Shown: piece after piece, positions 37,932 to 50,697 of the stretch | How the letters are laid out: the number at the start of each line of letters is the position of its first letter | How positions within the stretch are numbered: position 1 is the first letter of the stretch | From: Naegleria gruberi | Taxonomy: Eukaryota | Length of the DNA stretch: 64,000 nt | Reading direction: 5' to 3' (one strand) | Assembly (NCBI GenBank): GCA_000004985.1 | Contig: GG738845.1 | The notes under the pieces: generated by a model | Databases searched by the model: none | Told to the model about the DNA's origin: nothing | The model's input: only the letters and a program-made list of their open reading frames with translations | Program-made: the position numbers and the translations under genes

Positions 37932-38699
37932 ATGAAAACCTTCCCATCCTCCACCATTTTACTCGTATTGGTGGCCCTTTTAGCTACCGTTTTGATGGTC
38001 AACGCCATTGGAGAAAATAGAAACTACATTCAAAACTTAAAGAACAAGAGAGAAATTAAATTCAATAATCCAGCAAGCACTATTGGCGGTCTTGTTCAAC
38101 ATTTAGGCTCCGTTTTGAAGGGATATCCATCAAAATTGGAATCAATTTCTTCATTGGATCTCTTTGAAAGACCATTAGTTGGTATTGTCCTTTCTCCATC
38201 AAAATCTAACGAAGTCAATGATGTTATTATCAAGAAGATTCAAAACTTGTTTGAAAATGATGTTGTTACTACCGTCTCATCTTTGAAGGAAATTAATTTT
38301 GCTACTATCCAATCTGGTATTGTTGTTGTTACCCATGTTGAAGTAAGTTTAAATTGTTGTGGATATTTCTTACGCATTCAATAGAATGTTGACAATGAAA
38401 TGAAGTTGGCTCCAGAAAGATCCGAAGTTGTTGTTTTGAATTTGGAAAAGAATCTCCAAGTAATGACACCTGCCCAAAGATTACTCTTGTCTGTTTATGA
38501 TATTAACAATACTACCACCAATAGTACAAACGTCACTGTGATTACTGACTTTGAACGTGCTGATTATCAAATGCAATTGTGGGTTTGGGTCTTTACTATT
38601 GTTTGTGTCATTTTGGCTATTTTTGCAGTCAACAAGATTGACTATTCTGCCGACCAAATGTTGTATGCACTTGAAATGACAAAGAGTCACCACGACTAA
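37932..38699 (+). CDS. Small secreted/type-I membrane protein (signal peptide plus C-terminal TM), 2 exons
   Basis: MKTFPSSTILLVLVALLATVLMVNA signal peptide. Exon 2 (from ~38393) has N-glycosylation sequons (NNTTTNSTNVT) and the TM segment LWVWVFTIVCVILAIFAV. Confidence 0.5.
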
Positions 38700-38947
38700 G
38701 ACAAAAACCTCCACACAATCTATTCCTCAATAATAAATAAACTCCTCGATTAAATTATTTTTTAACCCACAATTTTTTATTGTTAAAGAAAATTAAAGTT
38801 TTTTAATAATCCTAACACCTATCCTCTAGCAATGAAATGATGTATACAAATGTAGCGTAGGGACAACTGAAATACATTGAAGATAAGCTACTGGAATCTC
38901 AAATTACTGATCTTGTGAATTGTTTTTTAAGCAAAATTGAAATTTAT

Positions 38948-40462
38948 TTACGAGAGCTCGTCTTGTTGGTTCAAAATTTGGAGTAGCCAATTTGGGGTAA
39001 CCAGTTGTTCGTTTGTACATTTTCTTGGAGGGAAGATAACGTATAAATAATCATTTTCACCACTAATCGAATAGGTATGATTAAAATCTTTCCAACTCAC
39101 CACTGAATCTTCCATACCAGTTACCAACATCAGGTTGTAACATTTATCATTTACAGTCATATTTTTCCAAATTTTCTCAAAAATATTGTCAATGAATAAA
39201 GGAGGAAGAATACCTTCCAATTTGATAATAAAGGTTTGATCGACTCTTGAAAAAGACACTTCCTCTGTAAGAGAATTTGAGAAGAGCAATGAATTTTTTT
39301 GGCTAATTATTTCCTCTGCTGAGTCATTAATTGGTTGTTGATCCTTATTATAAGATCCAATAAAATCATTTGCCATTCCACCACTCAATAAACCAACACA
39401 GTTAAGGAGAGCTTTGGCTGTTTGTTGTTTTACCAATTCTTTTTCTTCTTCAACAGTTTGAACCTTTGTAAAAAAGTCAGTGTTGATGTAATCCTCCTCT
39501 TCATCAACATCTTCTTCTTCATCAGAATTCTCATTCATGGCATTATATGATTGAGAAGGTTCTGTGGTACTTGAACTAGAGGAGCTACTGGTTGACTTGT
39601 TACTGAGAACTTCTGTAAGGGATATGCCTACTTGTGGAAGCAATAGATTTTCCTCTTTTAAAACTCTAACATTAAAAAATTCTTTTCCAGAAATCTTTTT
39701 GATTTTTGACTCGTTAGAGTTCATGTACTCTTCGAAATTATCAAGACTAATCCAACAATTATTTTGAATACTATAAATACCAAAGTAGCAATGAATAGGA
39801 TTAAGCTCTTCCCTATTTAAGGCCCATTTCAATCTTTCGTATTGTTTAGAATTGTTTTTGAATGGCAGATCATAAGAAACTGTAGAGTAGGTATCACTTT
39901 CGAATTGAGCAGAGTTGGCGCTTGTTTTTTTAGAGTTTGTCTTATTTTTCTCAGTTCTCTGTAATCCCATTTCTAATAAAGTATCCTTGTCAAATCTAAA
40001 TCGTAAATGATGAATTCTTTCACTATTTTCAGATTTGTTAAATGTTGGATAAATTGCCATTTGGTTGGAGCTCATGGAATCGGAATTTGCTCCTAAGGTA
40101 TGACAATAAATCAAGTAATCATCACTCTTGTTGAGAATTTCATCTTGAACAAAGGTTATAATATCAATTGGTTGAATATTTGAACAAATATAGATGGCAG
40201 AATTTTCTTTAAATTTTGTACAAGTATCCAATAATTGTTGGATGATTTGATTGTTTTTTTCGTCTTTAATTTCTGACTCGAGTGCGTCGGAATAATTGAC
40301 AATACTTTCTGTACTATGATTTAACACTATTTCCATTCTGTAATTGAAAGGATGATTTTTAATAATATCATGATGGTTGGCTTTTTCGTGTTCTAGATAT
40401 GTATCACTCCACAAAATAATGCGGGATGGTAGTGGTTCAACACCTGCTGCAAAATTTAACAT
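38948..40462 (-). CDS. Hypothetical 504-aa protein with a Ser-rich/acidic linker
   Basis: Single minus-strand ORF. Poly-S then D/E tract (SSSSSSSTTEPSQ...DEEEDVDEEEDY). No recognised domain. Confidence 0.45.
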   Translation of the reverse strand: MLNFAAGVEPLPSRIILWSDTYLEHEKANHHDIIKNHPFNYRMEIVLNHSTESIVNYSDALESEIKDEKNNQIIQQLLDTCTKFKENSAIYICSNIQPIDIITFVQDEILNKSDDYLIYCHTLGANSDSMSSNQMAIYPTFNKSENSERIHHLRFRFDKDTLLEMGLQRTEKNKTNSKKTSANSAQFESDTYSTVSYDLPFKNNSKQYERLKWALNREELNPIHCYFGIYSIQNNCWISLDNFEEYMNSNESKIKKISGKEFFNVRVLKEENLLLPQVGISLTEVLSNKSTSSSSSSSTTEPSQSYNAMNENSDEEEDVDEEEDYINTDFFTKVQTVEEEKELVKQQTAKALLNCVGLLSGGMANDFIGSYNKDQQPINDSAEEIISQKNSLLFSNSLTEEVSFSRVDQTFIIKLEGILPPLFIDNIFEKIWKNMTVNDKCYNLMLVTGMEDSVVSWKDFNHTYSISGENDYLYVIFPPRKCTNEQLVTPNWLLQILNQQDELS

Positions 40463-40690
40463 TTTTTAAAATCGAGAAAAATAAATAAAAAATTTCAAAA
40501 GCCAAATAATTTAGATAGAAAAAGAAGTCAAGAAAAATTTGAAGGTGGTTTTCTAAATTTGCATAGTTAATTTTAGAGATGGGTTTTATTTAGATTTTTA
40601 AACTGAATATTTTTAGAATTTTAAAAGAGTCTCAATAAATAATAACCATCTCTCCGTAAAAAATAGATAATAAAATTTGAATTAAAAAAA

Positions 40691-43600
40691 TGAGCACAAC
40701 CGAAGCAAAGGTAATTATCAACAATTTTTATTTTAATATTTATTAGATCACACCAGGAAACCAAGGTACAACAAGCAAAAGGTACAGCCAAGAGAGACTT
40801 CTTGATTGATATTGAGAAGAAATATCAACAAGAATGGGAAGATAATCACATTTATGAATCTTCGGCCAGCGATTTGGAAAACAAGGAAAAATTCTTTGCT
40901 ACTTTCCCATATCCATACATGAACGGTAGACTCCACTTGGGTCACGCTTTCTCTATGACAAAAGCTGAATTCCAAACTCGTTTCCAAAGACTTTTGGGAA
41001 AGAATGTTTTGTTCCCATTCGGGTTCCACTGTACAGGTATGCCAATTGCTGCTTGTGCTGATAGATTGAAGAGAGAAATTGAAGATTTTGGAAATCCACC
41101 TAAATTCCCAGATGTTCAAGTTAAAAAAACAGATGATGACGAAAAAGTTGAGGATGAATCTGCTGAAGTTAAAACTGGTGAATATCAATGGAATATTATG
41201 AGAAAGAACGGATTGTCAGATGAAGATATTGCTAAATTTGCTGATGCCAAATATTGGTTGGAATATTTCCCACCACTTGCCAAGAAGGATCTTCAAAGGT
41301 TTGGAGTTGCTTGTGATTTCCGTCGTAGTTTTATCACAACAGATTTGAATCCGTATTATGATTCTTTCATTCGTTGGCAATTTAACCAATTGAAAGAACA
41401 AGGAAGAATTAGTTTTGGTAAACGTTACAGCATTTTCTCTCCAAAGGATAACCAACTTTGTGCAGACCACGATAGAGCTGTTGGTGAAGGTGCTAAGCCA
41501 CAAGAATATACAGTTGTAAAATTGTTCTTGCAAAAACCATACCCAAAGGTTTTGGAACACTTGCAAGATAAGAGAGTTTATTTGGGAGCTGCCACTTTGC
41601 GTCCAGAGACAATGTTTGGACAAACAAATTGTTGGCTTTTGCCTGATGGAGAATATGGCGCTTTTGAAACTAATAATGGTGAAGTTATAATTTGTACTGC
41701 AAGAGCTGCCAGAAATCTTGCTTGGCAAGAATTGAGTCCAAGACCTGGTGAAGTAGTTCAACTTGCCAAATTTTTGGGAGCTGATTTGATGGGAGCTGCT
41801 GTTGATGCACCAATGTCTCCACTCAAAACTATCCATGTTTTGCCAATGATGTCAATTTCTACAAGAAAAACAACTGGTGTTGTCACATCTGTGCCTAGTG
41901 ATGCACCTGCTGATTTTGCAGCTCTTCAAGATTTGAAGAACAAGGCTGATCTCAGAACAAAATTCAACATCAAAGAAGAATATCTTCATGATCCTATTCC
42001 AATTATTGAAGTTCCAGAGTATGGTACTTTGTGTGCTCCAGCTCTCTGTGAAAAATACAAGATTAAATCTCAAAACGATAAGGATGGTTTGGAAAAAGCT
42101 AAGGATGAAGCTTATCTTCTCGGATTTAGTAAGGGTGTATTTGTAATGGAAGGTGAATTCAAGGGAATGTCAGTTAAGGACACAAAGAACAGAATTCGTC
42201 AAAAATTACTAGATGAAGGAATGGCTGTTCCATATGCTGAACCAGACAAGGAAGTTATCAGTAGATCAGGTGACAGATGTGTTGTCAGTTTGACTGATCA
42301 ATGGTATTTGGCCTACGGTGAAGAAGAATGGAAGAATGTTGTAATGAATCATCTTAAGACTAAATTCCATGTCTATAACTCTGCCACTATCAATGAACTT
42401 GAATCAACAGTGGAATGGTTGAAAGAATGGGGATGTTCAAGATCATATGGTCTTGGTACTAAGCTCCCATGGGATGAACAATTCTTGATTGAATCATTGA
42501 GCGATTCTACAATTTACATGGCATACTATACTGTTGCTCATCTTTTGCAAGGTGGAGTTTTGGATGGATCTGGTCAAAGTCCAGCAGGTGTTAAACCAGA
42601 GCAATTGACTGACGATATTTGGAGTTACATCTTCCATGGTAAGCCTCTCACTTCAACCAATGGAATTAACCAAGAAGTATTGGATTCATTGAGAAAGGAA
42701 TTCCAATACTGGTATCCTGTTGATTTGCGTGTCAGTGGTAAGGATTTGATTAAGAACCATTTGACCATGTTCCTTTATAACCATGCTGCTATCTTCCCAG
42801 ATCAAATGCCAGGATCTATTTTTGCTAACGGTTATGTTATGGTAAACGGTGAAAAGATGAGTAAGCAAGCTGGTAACTTTTTGACTTTGCAAGGTGTTAT
42901 CGAAATGTATGGCGCTGATGCTACTAGACTTGCTCTTTGTGACAGTGGTGATACTCACGATGATGCTAACTTTGAGCAAAATAATGCCAACAGTGCTGTT
43001 CTCAAGCTCAATACCTTCTTGGAATGGATAGAAGAGACACTCACCAAGGGTGATATGAGAGATGAAGAAAGTGAATACCTCTTTGCTGACAAGATCTTTG
43101 ATGCCAAGATGAATTTGTATGTTACTGAATCAAAGAAACACTACGAGGCTATGGTTTATAAGGAAGTTTTCAAGACTGTTTGGGTTTCAATGCAAGATGC
43201 TCTTTCTAAGTATATTGAAACTATGAAGAGAGATTCTATCAAATTGCACAAGAAGCTTATTTTGAGATTTATTGAACTCCAAAGTATTATTCTTTCACCT
43301 GTACTTCCTCACTGTACTGAACATATTTGGAAGGAATATCTTAAGAAGGACGGATCAATTGTTAACACTAAATGGCCTGTAGTACCAGCTGCTGATGAAT
43401 CACTCTTGCTTAGTGATGAATATCTTAAAGATGCTCTCCACAAATTCCGTCAATCTTTCCAAAAGGAATCCAAGGCCAAGAAGAAGGCTCTTAAGGCTTA
43501 TATTTATGTTGCTGACAAGTATTTGGATTGGCAAATTAAGAGTTTGGAAATTCTTTCAAAGCACAAAGAATCTTTCCATGATAAGGAAAAGGAAGATGCC

Positions 43601-43891
43601 GCTATGAAGGTTATTTCTCAAGAGCTTAAGGAATTTATGAAGTTCAAGCCAATGCCTTTTGTAGCCCTCAAGAAGGAACAATACAAAAAGGATGGTGATT
43701 CGGCTTTGAGCACAGAGTTGCCATTTAATGAATTTGAACTTCTCAACTCAAATATTAACCTTATTAAGGCTTGCTTTGGAGATATTGAAGTTGAAATTTA
43801 TTCACTTTCTCAAACATATCCAGATCCTTTGAAGAGAGCTACCAGAGCTCAACCAATGGATCCTTCATTTGGTGTTGAATGGGAAAAATAA
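40691..43891 (+). CDS. LARS1: Cytoplasmic leucyl-tRNA synthetase (archaeal/eukaryal-type LeuRS), 2 exons
   Basis: ATG 40691 (MSTTEAK) plus a short intron, then the 1029-aa ORF. HIGH-class motif region PYPYMNGRLHLGHAFS, KMSKS motif as GEKMSKQAGN, CP1 editing and anticodon-binding regions, all in LeuRS order. Confidence 0.9.
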
Positions 43892-44223
43892 ATTATTTAT
43901 AATTATTACTATTTAATCATAACATAATTTCGTTCGTGGCAGGGAAGGTTTGAATATTTGCTAATAGCTAAAGTCAATCCCTTAACTCAAAACTATGAGT
44001 TGCTTTGATCACAAAAAGTCCAATTATTCAGTCATCGTAAAAATTATTGAGTTAATTAACATTGGTTGGGAAAAAGAGTTTTGCAGACATTAGTGACATT
44101 CCGGTTCGAATCATCACTGTATAGAAGACTAAAGAAAACAGCTGTTGAATTAAAAAAACAATCCAATAACCTGGAGAATCCCATACCAGTGTTGGATCTG
44201 CAGCATTTCTCGTAAATTCATAC

Positions 44224-44580
44224 TTATTCCAAGTTCGTTAATTTCATCCAAAAAATTCCACTTACAATCTTAAATACTGATGCTCCTCCAATAAGGCAGA
44301 TATGAAAAATATAGGCCAATATTAAAAATTTAACCAATTTGAAAAAAGCTTGAAATATAAGACCCGATGTAAACATAAGAGTTCTTGAAATAATGATGTA
44401 GACAATAACAGCATGAGAAACAAGTGAAGCAACATGAACTCCTAATATTGCATAATAAGCATATGAATTTGTAATCAGAGAAGGACCTATTGCATTACAC
44501 AGCAAATCTACAAACAATGAAATGAGAAGGAAGGTAATGCTTAATTTCATTTTTTTTGTATGATCAAATCTTAAATACAT
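44224..44580 (-). CDS. Small hydrophobic ORF (118 aa), possibly one exon of a membrane protein
   Basis: Multiple predicted TM helices. Weak evidence, and it could be spurious. Confidence 0.2.
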   Translation of the reverse strand: MYLRFDHTKKMKLSITFLLISLFVDLLCNAIGPSLITNSYAYYAILGVHVASLVSHAVIVYIIISRTLMFTSGLIFQAFFKLVKFLILAYIFHICLIGGASVFKIVSGIFWMKLTNLE

Positions 44581-44824
44581 TCTCGGAAAAAGGAGGGAAA
44601 CGAAATGCGTGGAATTGTTCTCTCACGCTTGAAGAATCCGTATTTCAATTCGAAAATTAATAAAAACTACAATTCTTTGTCTTTGGTGAATTGGTGTGAT
44701 AGGTGATGAAGTAATGGGAAAATCGGTGACGACAATAATCAAAACAAAAATACATCACACCATTAGTTGACCGCTGCTGAAAAAATAGTATTATAACCAA
44801 CAGATATTTCTCCAAATCATCAAC

Positions 44825-46014
44825 ATGTTGGCGAGTATTATTGGAACGGATTTTAAAGATCGTATTTTGTTGACGATTTCTTTAGTATTTGCATTGGTAC
44901 AGTTAACCTATGCTCAGAGTAATAATGCAACTACCAACGGCACTCCGAGTATTGTTTTTGAAAAGACTAATGAACCAATGATGGTGTTTTTAGCAATAGG
45001 TGTTTCTCAATGGATTTCCTGTTATTTTGTTGCTACTATTATGTATAATTCAGCCATTTCTAGCCCTTCTTTTAAATTCCCACAAATTAGTGAGAAAATG
45101 ACAGTTTCCTTTATTACAATTTTGAGATATGCCTATAGCGAACAACCACTATTTATGAGAAGAATTATTGATGCCTATTTTGTAAAGGCACTGTTTTATT
45201 TTATTGCCTTCTCTGTTGGTTTTTATTCTGGTATGTGTAATTAATTAGATTTTTACAATGTTCCTGATAGCTATTCAATTGTGGTTTGTTACAAACACAA
45301 ATGATTTGAGCAAATTGACAACAGTCAATGTTTTTCACATTGAAGTTAATAGAGGAGTTTTGATTGGTGGTGCTTCCTTATATTTCCTAGAATTGGTTTA
45401 CAGATCTAGAACTCAAATTATCATGATTGCGCACCATTTGGTAACTTTAGTAAATATTGTTTGGATGATTGAGTATGAAAAGACCAATTTGGCATATATG
45501 AAGATTTTCATGGTATATGTTTATTTTGTATTTTTGGGTAAGTGCTTGTTAGAATAATATTATTAACAATCCATTAGAATTCCCAGAATCATTTATTATG
45601 ATTGGATATCGTTTATTCTGTTGTTGGGTTTCTGATTCTAAAATACCTTTGAAAATAAGAGTTGTCTACAAGAGACGTATGAAATATTCAGTACTTGCTC
45701 TTGCTTGGATTGATACAATTTTCAAAATTATTGGAAATATTATTGTTCTAGCTATGATTATTATTATGTGGGACGAATTCCCAGTTGAGGTCAGAATTGT
45801 ATTGATTATTAGTTTTACTGTATTTTTAATTGCTCAAGCTTGGGGACCATACATTTTCTTCAAATTATATTTCAAACTTAGTAAGGCAATTGAAGAGGAT
45901 AAAGAAAGAGAACATCGCGCCTTGTTAGAAGAAGATTCTGATGAATCAGCTCTTAGCACATACAAACCAATCAATGATGGTAACGAAGTTCAACTCAGAA
46001 GCCAACACATGTAG
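44825..46014 (+). CDS. Multi-pass membrane protein, 3 exons
   Basis: ORFs 44825-45244, 45258-45557 and 45598-46014 are joined by GTATGT/GTAAGT...AG introns. They contain numerous hydrophobic helices. The acidic C-terminus is EEDSDESALSTYKPINDGNEVQLRSQHM. Confidence 0.5.
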
Positions 46015-46058
46015 TTTAGTTTCTTATGGAATAAATAAGTTTATCAATTTTACAATTT

Positions 46059-46559
46059 TCATTTATTTGAATTGACACCCAGATTTCTATTCAAAGTTGG
46101 AAGGGAGGAGGATTGAGAAGGTTGTGAAGAGTTTTGTCTAGCAAGTTTGGCTTCTGTATTTTCAAAGAAATTTTCTCTAACATTCCCCCTTTCATAAACT
46201 TTTGAATAAATAGAGTATGCATCGTCTGAAATATATTGGAGAGGTGTGTTTGGTTCTTGTCCAATTTCCGAACGTAAACATTTGATGTATGTTGAAAGAA
46301 GTGAAAAACTGATGCTTGGGTTGAATGTTTTCCAAGTGCCAGCATAAAACTCCTCTAATCTAATATCACACCTATGTGGACGAACATAATCAAGTGTGCG
46401 GTTATCCTTTTTCTTTTTAGCTCCCTTGTTGTTTGTACTCTTATCGTTAATTGTTAATTTTGTTGAATCATTTTCCACTCTTTCCGATTGTATTGTTTCT
46501 TCTTGTGTTTGCTTGTTCATTTTTTCTTGTTCGTTTAAATGAGTTTGATGTGGCGCCAA
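46059..46559 (-). CDS. Hypothetical 166-aa protein
   Basis: Single ORF convergent with the membrane-protein gene. No recognised domain. Confidence 0.4.
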   Translation of the reverse strand: MAPHQTHLNEQEKMNKQTQEETIQSERVENDSTKLTINDKSTNNKGAKKKKDNRTLDYVRPHRCDIRLEEFYAGTWKTFNPSISFSLLSTYIKCLRSEIGQEPNTPLQYISDDAYSIYSKVYERGNVRENFFENTEAKLARQNSSQPSQSSSLPTLNRNLGVNSNK

Positions 46560-46591
46560 ATAAATAAACTTTATCTACAATTTAAAAAAAA

Positions 46592-49500
46592 ATGAATCCA
46601 AATGAATTGTTACAGCTTCGACAAGCCCGACTTGAAGCTTTACGAGAAAACAAGAAGTTTAAGGATGAATGGGCAGAGAACAATGAAAAAATACATAAAA
46701 GAAATATGGACATTAAGAAGGAACGAGAAGCTATTGATATAAAAATTAAAACATCAATGTCTTTGAAAAAAAAAAGACAAGAGGAGGTAAGATGTCTTTA
46801 GATCCGATTATTAATTAATGTAGTTGAGAAAAAAAGTTTCAAGATCCGAAGTGTTTTCAGGCATTGAGGAGTTTGAAAAAAAGTTGGAGCATACCGAAAC
46901 CAATAAAGAACCACAACTGGAAAAAGCATCTGTGCCAGTCAATGCTAATACATCAGTCACCTCAATAGAAAAACTAGAAAAGGAAAGTTCGAACACAAGA
47001 GATGCCAACTCTTATCTTAAAAAGATAAAAGCTAAAAGAAGTGAAGAGCATGCAAGTAGAAAGGAGAAGGAGCAAAGAAGAAGAAAAGTTCTAATGGAAC
47101 AACAACAGGTGTTTAAAGACTTAGAAGAATCCAGAAGAAGAGAGGTACTACTGGAAAAATTAATGAAAAAATCTATGGAGGAAAGACAGTTAGCCAAAGA
47201 GTTAAACGAAATTAAACAATTAAAACAGGTGATGAAGGAAAATAGAGAAATAAGAGAAAAACAATATGCTGAAAGAAGAAGAAAAGATTTTGAAGAGAAG
47301 CAAAGAAGAGAAACTGACCTTATGGAAAAGGAAAAGGAGGAAAGAAAAATCAAAAAGAGGGAGTTAATTGAAAAGCACAAACTATTGTTGGAAGAGAAGT
47401 CGAAACAAAAAAGAGAAAAACATTGGAATATTTGCTTTGAGATTTCTAATCAGATCATTGATTTATCATTTAAAGAAATTGAATATGCTGAAACAACAGA
47501 AGGAGAAAAGCCAACAACAGCAGAGATTCTTGAATGGAGAAAAATGTTCGTAAAGGGTGTCTATGATGATGAATCCACAAAGGAAGATGATGCTGAGCTC
47601 GAACAGTCTAGAGAAATGGAACAAAGTCTTCAAACACATGAAACTGTTGATTTAGATGTGATTGATATGGCAGAATTTAAGGATTATTTATCATGTAAGG
47701 GAGTTTGGAAAGAATCTTCTGATGAAACAGAAAAGGTATCCAACTTTATCAAAGATGTAGTCTCAAAACTTCACGATAAGATTCATCCTCTACCTTCACC
47801 AAAGACTGAACCTGTTCTCAAGAGCAAATATTCATATAATGTAATTTTGACAGGAAAACCAATGAGCGGGAAATCAACTGTTTGCAAAAAAATAGCATCT
47901 CAACTTTCTCTCTTTCACATCAATACAGAGGCTATTTTAAAATCACTCCTGGATGGGGAGAACAAGTCATCAGAGTATTCAGAAATTGCTAATAGAGCTA
48001 GAGCCTGTTTGTTGGATGGTAGGGAAATAGATGAAGAAATAATAGTTGACTTGATATTATTGGAGATAGAAAAAGTTGAAAAAATAGAAAATACAACATA
48101 CCAAGGGTGGTTGATAGAAGGTTATCCATTGACTCTGGAGGCAGCAAAAATTTTAGAGAGAAGAATATCAGGATACACACCATCTGTGGAGGAATTTGTT
48201 GGGACAGATTCTGAAGTCAAGCTGAACTCTGTTATTCTAAATCAAAATAGTTGCAAGAAGTCTGATGAAGAGCTTATGAAGCGTTTAGTACCATTCCAGG
48301 CATTCACATCTGTAATATTTATTGATGTTGAAGATGAATTAGTTTTCGAACGATTGGCAGACCAAAAAGTGGATCCTCTTACTGGAACTGTTTACCACAT
48401 GATTTACTCACCACCTGAGAGTGTGGACATTTCTACAAGACTTGTACCAATTGATGAACATGTAAGATTGGACAAGGCTCAAATTAATTCCCAACTGGTT
48501 TCGTTTGCTAAATCAAAGCGTGAACTAATGAATTGGTATAAGAAATTTGAAAATGTGTTTGAAGCAAAAGAAAACAGTATTGATGATTTGGTAAAAGAAT
48601 GTTCCAATATTATTACTAATCACAAGAGAGAACCATTCCAAAACCACATTCAAACGGAACCAGAAAATTCAGAAATAGAGCAAAGTGGTGGACCTGAAAA
48701 AAAAGAACTCGATGTTGAATTTTGCAAGTTATTCTTGAGTGAGTGGATGTCAATAGAACAAAATTATGTGGGCAGCTGCAAATTGGTGTTTAGGAATTTG
48801 AGAGATTTTAGAAAGTCATTCTTTAAGCAATTTTCAGATCTCAAAGAGCAATTCATGAACTTTTTACTTAGACCAGACGACAAACAAGTGTATATCACTC
48901 AATTCCAGAATGACTTCAACAGATTACCATTAGAACTTAGGAGTAATTCTCAAGTGAAAGATGAGCTTCATAGAAGGTCTGAAGATCTCAAGGAAACTCT
49001 TTGGACTCTATGTGACGAGAAAAAGTTAGAGGCAGAAAAGGAATTAGAAGAGCACCAGAAAGAATCATGGTTAAAAACACACAAAAAAGCTGTCACACGC
49101 CAATACATGCAACTCATTCAATTGGAGCTTAACAGATTTATAGAACAGAGCAAGTTTTTATTTGATTATTTTGTTGAACAATACTTTTCTAACGATTTAA
49201 GCATTGGTGCAACAATTGATCTAAAGAAAACTTTATCTGCCCCAATTCTTTCTGTAAATATTGAGGAGTTATTTGTTGATGTCATCTCAGGGGCTTCAAA
49301 CACCAAATCAACAAACAAAAAGCCAACAAAACCTTCCACGAATTCCAGCACCAGATCAAAGATTGATCAACAAGACCAAGACCTTAACATTGAAGATTGC
49401 TTTGAAAGAGCAAAAACTACATGTGATACTCTAGATCTTTTAATTACACTGCAAAATTACATTGATAAAAACGGGAAAAAGAAAAAGGAGAAAACAAAGG

Positions 49501-50684
49501 ATCCCTATGTTGATATTCCTTTGGAAGTGAGAGAGTGTATGGGGAAAGAGAAGGAGATATTTTTGAGAAGGATTACGCTCATTAAGGAAAGATGTCTAAA
49601 TTCCCTTAAAGACCAACTTGAATCAAAATCTAATCATATTTTCGGCACCATGAGAGATTGGATAGGACAACGTTACAGAACCGATATGGCAAATATTGGT
49701 CTCCTTTCCAGAACCATACAAGATTTTATTGAAAAGGAAACTCCTATAGTTAACGAGATGAGAATAGAAGGTAACAAGTGTATAATAGATGAGAGTGTAC
49801 AGATGACTAACCCGTTACCATTGCACTCTACAAGTAGATCTCAATTGACTACGCAAGAAGCTCCGGAGACAGTGGTTTCCTTCACTAAATCATTCACACC
49901 ACATCAAGTATTTTCATTATACGAAAGGCTACAAGCACCAAGTCCTAGCGGATTTGTTGAGCTAGAAGAGATTACTACTACACTTTTAATTCTTATCGAT
50001 TCAACATTCGGATCAATGGAACTGCCAAACCAATGGTTAGACTATGACAATGACAAGGTTAGAGAAATTACAAAAAGGTTTGATCCATTCAAGAAGGGAT
50101 ATATTAATTGGAGAACATTTTTATTATCTGCTTTATTTACATTTTTCCATCGTCTTCCAACCATTGAGGATATTAGAAAACTCCTTTTAATAGTTCATCC
50201 GCTTGTGTCATCTGGAGAAACCAACTTAAAGCAAGAACAATTTACGGATCTTTTAATCAGATGGATTGGCGAAACAGGTATTTCAAGTAATGAGGAAGAG
50301 GTATCAAAAGTGTTGTTCAACCTTTTCAAACCATTTATTAATGCAACAGTCTCCAACACTGTAAATATTAGAAGCGTTCTCCTTTACCTTTGTTTAGATA
50401 ATCAATCAATTATTGGAACTCTCACAAAGGGATTTGAAGTATTGTCCTATCTGAATGGAACAGAAGGTTTGGATGATAGTGGTGTCTTTGAAATCATGAA
50501 TTTTAATATTGATGTTGAAGAGGACGTAGAAGATTCATTTTCACTTTCTCAAATAAGAGCAGTTTTTGCAGAACTGAAAAAGTCAAAGTCTAGTGTGTCC
50601 CTTGAAGAATTTTCATGTGCCTCCATTGGCAAGACAATGCTAAAAAAAAGTGTACATTTGAAATTGGGTTCTGTATTCTATTAG
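46592..50684 (+). CDS. Large (~1350 aa) coiled-coil protein containing an adenylate-kinase-like P-loop NMP-kinase domain, 2 or more exons
   Basis: Exon 1 46592-~46795, then the 1286-aa ORF. E/K/R-rich coiled coil at the N-terminus. VILTGKPMSGKSTVCKKIA (P-loop) ... GWLIEGYPLTLEAAKILE (the NMP-binding 'GFLxDGFPRT'-like motif), a dispersed adenylate-kinase fold. Long C-terminal region of unknown function. Confidence 0.6.
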
Positions 50685-50697
50685 AGAAATAAAACAT

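Noticed and set aside
47012-47380. 122-aa minus-strand ORF (S/F/L-rich) antisense to the AK-domain gene
   Set aside because: It is antisense to an E/K/R-rich coiled-coil coding region (AAG/GAA repeats read as CTT/TTC). This is a typical spurious ORF with no start context.
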